Source of the DNA: an uncultured virus (IMG/VR IMGVR_UViG_3300045971_000981)
Lineage: Duplodnaviria > Heunggongvirae > Uroviricota > Caudoviricetes
Length of the DNA stretch: 64,000 bases
Virus record (IMG/VR): IMGVR_UViG_3300045971_000981
Strand: one strand, 5' to 3'
Made by a program: the position numbers and the translations under genes. Positions 57,189 through 64,000 of the stretch are shown here, piece after piece. Within the stretch, counting starts at the first letter, position 1. Every line of letters starts with the position of its first letter. Under the pieces are notes generated by a model. It was not told the origin of the DNA. It did not search any database and saw only the letters and a list, made by a program, of their open reading frames with translations.

Positions 57189-57763
57189 GGTGAAGTTTCT
57201 CCCTTGATAACTTCTACACCCTTGGCTTCCAGAGCTAGAATCTCTGGTGAATCAGGGGCGATCGGATTGTTGCGGATGTAAAGGTGCTTCAGCTTCGGCA
57301 GTTCCAGGATTGAACTAGGAAGGCTGGTAATATTGTTCCTGGTTATATCTAGCGCGATCAGGCTGGTTAATTGTCCAATCTCGTCAGGCAGGCAATCTAA
57401 TCGGTTATCAAAAGCGCTCAAGTCTTTCAGCTTGGTTAGGTTTCCGATCGATCCTGGAAGCTGAGTGAGTTGGTTATGGCTGACGCTAAGCATGGTCAGA
57501 TTCTTCAGCGCTCCGATCTGCTCTGGAAGCCGAGCAAACTGGTTCCAGGAAATATGTAACTCTTCGAGGCTTGTGAAGTCGCTAATCCATTCCGGCAGCG
57601 TAGTCAGCTTGTTGTCAGAGATGGACATCTCTCGCAAGTTCTTCAGTAGCTGGATGCTAGCCGGGAGGCTAGTGATCTCAGACCCCATCAAATTCAATTC
57701 CCTAGTCTTCTTGGCGCTCAGAAGTCTGCGCTCAATTACATCATTCATGCTCATCACGCTCAT
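57185..57763 (-). CDS. Leucine-rich repeat protein
   Basis: About 7 LxxLxLxxNxLxxLPxxIGxL 23-aa repeats. Confidence 0.95.
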   Translation of the reverse strand: MSVMSMNDVIERRLLSAKKTRELNLMGSEITSLPASIQLLKNLREMSISDNKLTTLPEWISDFTSLEELHISWNQFARLPEQIGALKNLTMLSVSHNQLTQLPGSIGNLTKLKDLSAFDNRLDCLPDEIGQLTSLIALDITRNNITSLPSSILELPKLKHLYIRNNPIAPDSPEILALEAKGVEVIKGETSP

Positions 57764-57990
57764 GCCGTCACCGTCCCCTTCTGAGTCGTAACCACGACTT
57801 CTTCATTCGCCACCTGATGAAACTCAGGTTTCAGCGTCAACCCAGTCTGATCACCCAGCAGTGCCCGAACTTCTGCGGTTTTACCCAGGCAAGCGCTGCC
57901 CTGCATTCCATGTGCCTCTACCTTGACCGTCAGGTCAGGGTAGATCGCTACTTCAATGTATTCGTCCACGATCACAATCTCCAATTTCAA
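57760..57990 (-). CDS. DUF2997-family protein
   Basis: I.PD.TVKVEAHGMQGSACL..T....ALLG.....LKPEF. Confidence 0.8.
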   Translation of the reverse strand: MKLEIVIVDEYIEVAIYPDLTVKVEAHGMQGSACLGKTAEVRALLGDQTGLTLKPEFHQVANEEVVVTTQKGTVTA

Positions 57991-58041
57991 AAACGACTAG
58001 CTAGTGTACTTCGGCTGTGACGAAGTACAATCTCACAGACT

Positions 58042-58461
58042 TCACGCCAAAACTTTATCCCGAATCTGGAACCGAACAGCGCCATCGCCACTAGCAGGCA
58101 CTTCCACGACTTCCTTCTCGGAACCAAGCTCCCTGGTAAGCAGTGCAATCTGGTACTGTTTGACCAATTCCTGGGGAAAGTTCGGAATCCTGATGCCAGA
58201 GAACCCGTCATCCATGAGCATGTCGTATTCTTTGGTCTCGGAATTCCACAGGAAACCAAGATCAGGTTGGGCTGTGGGTGCAATATCCTTCGCCCGTACC
58301 ACGATGTTCGCCATATTGTCACTAGAACCGTCGCGGTACCAGCCCTGAATCTTGACCGGATTCATGTGAACTTCTGGTAAAACATTGAATAGCTTCTCCA
58401 ATGCGGCAATCAGAGCCGCACGATCGGTCAACTTAGCCTTAATCGTTGCAAAATGGGACAT
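58042..58461 (-). CDS. DUF1257 (Ycf35-like) protein
   Basis: MSHFATIKAKLTDR.ALIAAL...DLGFLWN...YDMLMD...L.KQY. Confidence 0.85.
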   Translation of the reverse strand: MSHFATIKAKLTDRAALIAALEKLFNVLPEVHMNPVKIQGWYRDGSSDNMANIVVRAKDIAPTAQPDLGFLWNSETKEYDMLMDDGFSGIRIPNFPQELVKQYQIALLTRELGSEKEVVEVPASGDGAVRFQIRDKVLA

Positions 58462-58484
58462 AAAAACTCCTTAAAAACTGGAAC

Positions 58485-59528
58485 CTAAGCAATCCGTCGA
58501 TACGTCACACCCTCATCATCACCCTTGGCGTATGTCTCCTGCCTGAAATTCAGGCTCAAGTACTCCATCAACTGATCTCGCATCGTTCCCACCTGGTCAA
58601 TGAGCCGATTGGCATTAAATTCCAAGTCACGCGAGACCAAATCAATTTTTTCCGCCAACTTATCTGCCCGTTCAGCGGTATTCGCCACGTAACCGCCAGT
58701 GGTTTTAGTGGCTTCCATCATTTCAGCCGCTTGTGTTAGCAGATCCTCTACTTCTGCGTTCATTTGCTCGATCGCAGGCTGCCTGAAATCCTCGATCGAC
58801 ATCATCATCTGCGGCAGCATCGTCACGTTTCCACCAGAAATCTCGCTAACAACAGCTTTCAGCGCTTCTAGCTGTGTTCGATGCACTTCCGGGATGTAAT
58901 ACAGTCCGCCTGAATCCGTCTGAGCAACAATTCCGCAGACTTTCACGAAATTCTTGATCAGCCCGCGCATTTCTTCAGCGGTCATCTGCTGAAATTCTTG
59001 ATACTTATCAATCAACTGCTGGATAGCAGGATGCCAACAGGAATAGTGGAACTCATGGGTGTTCTTGTTCCACCGCACCTGCGAAATCGTTGGGCAATCG
59101 GCATCGGTGCCCTGTTCGTTTGCCCGCCATTCCTTCAGAACCAGATTGACGCAAGGGTCTGTGTCAGCAGTCTCTGTCTCGGAAACTTTACCCCAGAACC
59201 ACCCGTCCTTTTGACGCTGTGCCTTACTGCGATTAACAGCACCGAAAGCCTTCGTGAAAAACTGCTTCGGGCGAAGTTGAGCGGGTAGAAATTCTTCTCG
59301 CAGCCCATTCACGGTCGCAGATACCTCCAAGTCTGCGTAATCGAAGCGTGTTTGGGATGGGACTGTCCAGTAAACCAGGAACCCGATCGTCCTTGCCCCT
59401 AACTTCTGCTGAATCCGAACAGACTCTCTCATCTGTTCAAACCCACTCTTAGCGGTGTGCCTGCTACCAGTCATGGAGCCGCTCTCCACAACATCGCTCA
59501 CAACTCTCGCGCCTAAATCTAAAGTCAT
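58485..59528 (-). CDS. Hypothetical protein (DUF3150/DUF6744-like, C-terminal coiled coil)
   Basis: GFLVYW...SGGLYYIP... Confidence 0.55.
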   Translation of the reverse strand: MTLDLGARVVSDVVESGSMTGSRHTAKSGFEQMRESVRIQQKLGARTIGFLVYWTVPSQTRFDYADLEVSATVNGLREEFLPAQLRPKQFFTKAFGAVNRSKAQRQKDGWFWGKVSETETADTDPCVNLVLKEWRANEQGTDADCPTISQVRWNKNTHEFHYSCWHPAIQQLIDKYQEFQQMTAEEMRGLIKNFVKVCGIVAQTDSGGLYYIPEVHRTQLEALKAVVSEISGGNVTMLPQMMMSIEDFRQPAIEQMNAEVEDLLTQAAEMMEATKTTGGYVANTAERADKLAEKIDLVSRDLEFNANRLIDQVGTMRDQLMEYLSLNFRQETYAKGDDEGVTYRRIA

Positions 59529-59653
59529 CGTTTCCTCCTTGGGATGAAAAATCCCTGAACGATTAGACTATTTCCTCTATTCCAGGATATTCCATAAAAT
59601 CCATTGATGCAAGAGAAATCCACGTCTATTTTTCAGGGAGTGTTTACCTGTCG

Positions 59654-59953
59654 CTATGCAAGTGGGTTTACCTCCTTGATTTGCTTGATCAGCTCATCGA
59701 AAACAGACTCGTTAGCCAGGGCGATCGCCTGTGCCTCCCTCTTAGCAGAGCGTCGTCCGCACTCCACCAGCAACTTGCTTTTCTGTGGGTCGCCAGTCAG
59801 GTTCCACGAGATGCTTTTCTTCCCTCCACCGCCATCGGTGATTAACAATTGGATGACATCGGCGTAGTAACCAGCAGCCTTCCCTCTCAAATCCCGGAAA
59901 TCTACAGACAGGGAATATCCGCGCTGCCCAATCTCGCCTCGAAGTTCACGCAT
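59654..59953 (-). CDS. Hypothetical protein
   Basis: RBS AAGGAG. Confidence 0.55.
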   Translation of the reverse strand: MRELRGEIGQRGYSLSVDFRDLRGKAAGYYADVIQLLITDGGGGKKSISWNLTGDPQKSKLLVECGRRSAKREAQAIALANESVFDELIKQIKEVNPLA

Positions 59954-59981
59954 GGTCGTTCTCCTTGTAAAAATGAGTAAT

Positions 59982-60013
59982 AAAAAACCGCACCATTTCT
60001 GGCACGGCTTTTT
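59982..60013. terminator. Possible bidirectional intrinsic terminator
   Basis: A-run, imperfect GC hairpin, T-run. Confidence 0.4.
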
Positions 60014-60211
60014 AACCGAATATGTGAAATCTGACTTACTGCTCTTTAGTTAAAGAGATAGCGACACCCATTGCGATACCGTTTAATACCGCCAAGAGCA
60101 GCACGATCGTGAGTTGAATCCACGTCAGCTCAGGAAGCACGAGTATAAGCGCGGTTATCAACATGAGGCTGAGCATCGGTGTTGATGCCACCACTAGAAA
60201 ATGCTGACTAT

Positions 60212-60556
60212 TCACCCACATGAATCCTCCTTGCGATCGTCGTCGCATTCAAGTACAACCAAATACGTGAACCCAGGCGCGGTTACGCTTGAGTTAACGT
60301 CCTTTTTTACTCGCCCCGCTTCAACCAGGGCATCACGAACCGACGGCTTCAAGTCTGGATAGCCTCGCTTGTCGATCGTCTCTGGAGCTAGCTGTCTAAA
60401 AACCGGAACTAGATCCGGCAGAAATAAGCAGCCCCATTTGAAATGCCTGTAGATCCGTAGCCTGTCACGCTCCGCCACCTTCACCGCACCCAGCCTCTTT
60501 TCCCTGATTGTTTCAAGGACTAGATCCAGAGCAGCGATCGCCTCAGTTTTCTTCAT
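60212..60556 (-). CDS. Hypothetical protein
   Basis: ORF; likely ATG at 60556. Confidence 0.5.
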   Translation of the reverse strand: MKKTEAIAALDLVLETIREKRLGAVKVAERDRLRIYRHFKWGCLFLPDLVPVFRQLAPETIDKRGYPDLKPSVRDALVEAGRVKKDVNSSVTAPGFTYLVVLECDDDRKEDSCG

Positions 60557-60743
60557 GATGGATAAACCCCCAGAGAGGATATATAGTTGCGACCAGGAAA
60601 AAAGCCAGCCACAATTCCATGTCAGTCTTCCGGGAAGCTTCTCGGATTGCTGCCCTGTTGAGCAGGACGTAGAGAGCACCGATACCGAAATAGAGCGCGA
60701 TCGCTGTTAGCATGACTCCACCTCCGCAGGATTGATGATTGAT

Positions 60744-61247
60744 TCATACATAGACATCCCTGTCCGTGACAGGCATGAGCAACCCTTCGATGTAGGCTAC
60801 GCCATCATCGTCTTTTCCTGATCTGACCACAAGGGGAGACGATGTGCTGGTCGTGTTAATGAACAGCCTGATGATAGGACGCTCAGTATGAGCTTCTTGA
60901 GCGGCGATCGTCATCTCCGCCAGCTTGACTAACATGTGAGGATCGACCGTGATTGCAGCATGGGTTTCAGGACTAATCTCGTCAACGTAACGCGCTACTG
61001 CCTTGGGTATCGTTTCGGCAGAGGTTCCGCCACCGTCAGCGCCCTCTTCTATTGGGATGCTCAACTCATCCAGTTTGACAATCCCGGCAGTGTCGCTGCT
61101 GTAATGTGGCAGGCGAACCGCATAGAATCCATCTGTCGCGTACAAGCCCCTCGAATTGACCTTGGCGATCGCTTCTGACTCTCCAATGCGGAATCTCGCC
61201 TTGAGTAAGGCTCTGGATAGCTTTTGCTTAATCCGTAATTCGCTCAT
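60744..61247 (-). CDS. Truncated beta-clamp (DnaN C-terminal)-like protein
   Basis: LYATDG...ITVDPHML..LA...IRL.....SPLVVR...GLLMPV. Confidence 0.5.
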   Translation of the reverse strand: MSELRIKQKLSRALLKARFRIGESEAIAKVNSRGLYATDGFYAVRLPHYSSDTAGIVKLDELSIPIEEGADGGGTSAETIPKAVARYVDEISPETHAAITVDPHMLVKLAEMTIAAQEAHTERPIIRLFINTTSTSSPLVVRSGKDDDGVAYIEGLLMPVTDRDVYV

Positions 61248-61250
61248 TAT

Positions 61251-61853
61251 TCATCTCCAGTAAGGCTCTGAATATAGGTAGGTAGCACCCTCGATCGCGC
61301 CTGGGTTATCCTGTGCGAACACTGTCCACACCACGCCATCGGTCACCTCACGCCGATAGCTGAGCGGATAAAGGCGAAGGATCGTAGCACGGGCATGACC
61401 TTCCCTCATTTCCCTCGTCGTTACATAATAGAAGTGGCGATCGCACCCATCTAGAAGAGGTTCGTAGAGAGGTCGGTCAGTGATCACGATCGCGTCCTCA
61501 CCGTAGCATTTAAGTTCGCTGTGGGCTGGTACAATCCGAGTTGGGAAAATACCATCAGTCGAACGCAAGTCCTTGCCTGTCGTCATATCTATTGCTGTGG
61601 TCATTCTGTACGATCGTGATGAAAACAGCAAATAGTTGACTCCTAGCGGTGACTGAATAACCCCTTCTTGACGTGTCAGGGTTTCTAGCTCCCAATGTTC
61701 TACAGTTTTGATTCCAGGGTGGAATGTCTGCAACAAGCAGCCTTCCCACCAATCATCGCTTAGCATATCTTCCAGGAATTCTTGGTATCGTCGTGCGGTC
61801 TCCCACGCCATCTCACCCGTTACTTGTCTGAATGGAGTGATATTGATTGGCAT
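61251..61853 (-). CDS. Hypothetical protein, tandem paralogue A
   Basis: Shares TPFRQVT, TVEHW, TDRPLYEPLLDG, LYPLSY, TYLYSEPYWR with the next gene. Confidence 0.75.
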   Translation of the reverse strand: MPINITPFRQVTGEMAWETARRYQEFLEDMLSDDWWEGCLLQTFHPGIKTVEHWELETLTRQEGVIQSPLGVNYLLFSSRSYRMTTAIDMTTGKDLRSTDGIFPTRIVPAHSELKCYGEDAIVITDRPLYEPLLDGCDRHFYYVTTREMREGHARATILRLYPLSYRREVTDGVVWTVFAQDNPGAIEGATYLYSEPYWR

Positions 61854-61856
61854 TGC

Positions 61857-62417
61857 TTACCTCCAGTAAGGCTCTGAATATAGATAAGTCGAACCGCCGA
61901 TCGCTACCACACGACCCTCGATCGCAATCACGCTGTCCACAAACACCGTCCACAACTCGCCGTTATTTACCTCGCGCCCATAACTGAGCGGGTAAAGGTG
62001 ACGGATCCTAGCCACAGTGCTGGCATGGTTTATGCCATACGGCACGAAATAGATGTGACGATCGCGCCCATCTAGCAGTGGTTCGTATAAGGGACGGTCT
62101 GTACATACGATCGCCTCATCGCCGTAACCATCAAAATCCCAGTGAATCGGCACGATCCGGTAGGGGAAAACATCACCTCCCTCTACTAGACCGCTCTTTG
62201 TATCTACTTCCATGCTGAAACGCGATGCGGGATGAATGCGTTCCCCAAATTTGACCCGTTCAAGTCGCCAGTGTTCTACGGTTTCCTCAGCAGGGCAGAA
62301 GGTCTGTAAAAAACACCGGTCGAATTGGTATAGGTTTGACAGCCAAGCATCGTATTTCTTTGCGGTGTCACGCATCATAGATCGTGTCACCTGTCTAAAC
62401 GGTGTGTTTCTGACCAT
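61857..62417 (-). CDS. Hypothetical protein, tandem paralogue B
   Basis: Same shared motifs as paralogue A. Confidence 0.75.
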   Translation of the reverse strand: MVRNTPFRQVTRSMMRDTAKKYDAWLSNLYQFDRCFLQTFCPAEETVEHWRLERVKFGERIHPASRFSMEVDTKSGLVEGGDVFPYRIVPIHWDFDGYGDEAIVCTDRPLYEPLLDGRDRHIYFVPYGINHASTVARIRHLYPLSYGREVNNGELWTVFVDSVIAIEGRVVAIGGSTYLYSEPYWR

Positions 62418-62529
62418 TGGTTTTACGCTCGTTAGGCTCAGCTAAAACTGTAAGTGAATCAAATGCTTCCTAGACGCTAGGTTACAGGGTCGATCGTCCG
62501 GGAAATGTAAGCTAAGAAAACTTGATGAA

Positions 62530-62897
62530 TCACTCTGGCACCTTTAGTACTGGCAGTGGATCCAGGAACGATTCGACTTTGATATTGCTACCATTGTCAG
62601 TCGTTCTCTGCCGTTTCACCGTGCAGCCAGTGCTAGCGATCGCCGTGGTGATCTTTTCTGCTAGCTGAAGTGTGAACTCAACACCCTGCGACCTTGTGGA
62701 AATCAGAGCGTCGTTCATATAGGTCGTTCTTCTGTTATGCAGAAGCAGCCCTTTCCGATCTAGATCGTCGATCATCTCATCAAGATCTGGAGTGGACGCA
62801 CAATAAGATCTGGAGTGGACGCACAATCAATTAGGATGTGGTCACCCTTAACGAGAACACACGCAGTCAACGGAATATCGCTCAGATCTAATATCAT
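62530..62897 (-). pseudogene. Gene frameshifted by a 23-bp tandem duplication
   Basis: AAGATCTGGAGTGGACGCACAAT at 62782-62804 and 62805-62827; removing one copy joins MILDLSDIP... to ...DLDEMIDD. Confidence 0.7.
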
Positions 62898-62980
62898 GGT
62901 TACCCTCTTCAGTTCTTGGAATCCTACGATTAGTATAAATCATCTAATCGATAGCCACTAAGAATTCGGCTATACTTTAT

Positions 62981-63406
62981 ATGCCACACCCAACCCTGCC
63001 AATCATGGAATTTTCCCAACTCCTCAGCAACCCGCTAATCAGCTTGTCGATCGGAGCTACGATCGGCTCCCTCCTCCCAACCGCCTTCAAGTCTCTCTCC
63101 ACACTAGCAACCACCCTACTGCAAACTAAGGTCATTCCAGTCGAAACCGTGACCAAGGCGTTCGATGCCCTGGATCAAGGACTGCGAACCTATGCCGGGG
63201 AAGGTAACCCAGTTTCCACCAGCGAGATTTACTGTGCAGCTCGTGTGGTTGCCCAGAATATCAGCGACAGACAACTAACCGACTCTGAATTGAAATCCTG
63301 GACAGCCTACCTTGCTAAGAAGTTCGACGGTAACGCCATGTTGTCTAAGAAGTTGCCTGCCACCTTGAGCCCGATCGCGGGTCAGGTTCTTAAAGCACTT
63401 CAATAA
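62981..63406 (+). CDS. Hypothetical membrane-associated protein
   Basis: Hydrophobic N-terminus, own terminator. Confidence 0.6.
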   Translation: MPHPTLPIMEFSQLLSNPLISLSIGATIGSLLPTAFKSLSTLATTLLQTKVIPVETVTKAFDALDQGLRTYAGEGNPVSTSEIYCAARVVAQNISDRQLTDSELKSWTAYLAKKFDGNAMLSKKLPATLSPIAGQVLKALQ

Positions 63407-63437
63407 CAAGTTTCACGCTCACAAACTCCAGTCACCC

Positions 63438-63458
63438 GCCCCCGCAAGGGGGCTTTTT
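63438..63458 (+). terminator. Intrinsic terminator
   Basis: GCCCCC-GCAA-GGGGGC-TTTTT. Confidence 0.8.
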
Positions 63459-63473
63459 ATTGCCAAGTCAACG

Positions 63474-63995
63474 TTAAACCCGATCGGTCAAGATCTTATA
63501 GCTGAACCCAAGCCCCAATTCCTCAACAACTTCACCGATCGACATTCCTGGGTACGTCCCGTCGGCATCTATATCTATTCCACTGCACTGCCATTCATTG
63601 CTAGGGATTCCGTAGACGTAAATCACACCTTCACGCTCTACCTCTACAGCGAAGCAGTAAATTGCCCCATTATTGAAAATAAAGTAATTAGTGTGGGTAG
63701 CCTCTGCGAAGCGATCGTCCCTTCTCGGTTCAGTCACAGCGCCGACATACTTGGCGCGGTACTCTCCCCGGAAATCCTCACAGACTCCATCGACGAATAG
63801 GAACGAACCTTGACCGCCGATAACCCGCAGTCGCATACTGTCTTCTGGGTCACCCTCTTTGGAAGGATCTTGAAGGCAGTCCGTAAAACGAACTCTAGCT
63901 GGATGACTACCTGAGTCACCCAGCTCTGGATGACTGCCCTTCGCGGGTTCATAGATTTTAATCGTGTGGTACATCATCAGCCATCTCCCAAGCAT
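63474..63995 (-). CDS. Hypothetical protein
   Basis: ORF near the window end. Confidence 0.5.
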   Translation of the reverse strand: MLGRWLMMYHTIKIYEPAKGSHPELGDSGSHPARVRFTDCLQDPSKEGDPEDSMRLRVIGGQGSFLFVDGVCEDFRGEYRAKYVGAVTEPRRDDRFAEATHTNYFIFNNGAIYCFAVEVEREGVIYVYGIPSNEWQCSGIDIDADGTYPGMSIGEVVEELGLGFSYKILTDRV

Positions 63996-64000
63996 AGGCT

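Noticed and set aside
5032..63952. Numerous 60-160 aa ORFs antisense to or nested in long genes
   Set aside because: No RBS or motifs; expected shadow ORFs

Overview
A 64-kb segment of a large cyanobacterial temperate phage or phage-plasmid. The host is inferred from abundant HIP1 (GCGATCGC/CGATCG) sites and cyanobacteria-type genes (DUF2227, Ycf46/Ycf35/DUF2997, DUF5895-like). The left part (1-18 kb) looks virion/late: tandem basic paralogues with a shared N-terminal leader, HU, a tRNA-Leu-like RNA with an enlarged anticodon arm, large probable tail proteins, a C39 peptidase, a glycosyltransferase-sulfotransferase fusion and an inverted PAS-GGDEF-EAL gene. The middle has an FtsK/membrane/muramidase-like operon (18-23.6 kb), AlkB/ASCH/methyltransferase genes, a 1.2-kb island packed with perfect palindromes (32.2-33.4 kb), DnaB and a replication initiator with internal iterons. 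The right part (37-64 kb) is an early/accessory region of mostly minus-strand genes: RNA ligase, MazG-like, a DarB-like methylase-helicase split into three genes, a stand-alone type I-D Cas11d-like fusion (candidate anti-CRISPR decoy), and a Ycf46 AAA/LRR/DUF2997/DUF1257 cluster. I recognised no terminase, capsid, integrase or CRISPR array. All family calls come from motif recognition by eye, not from database searches.
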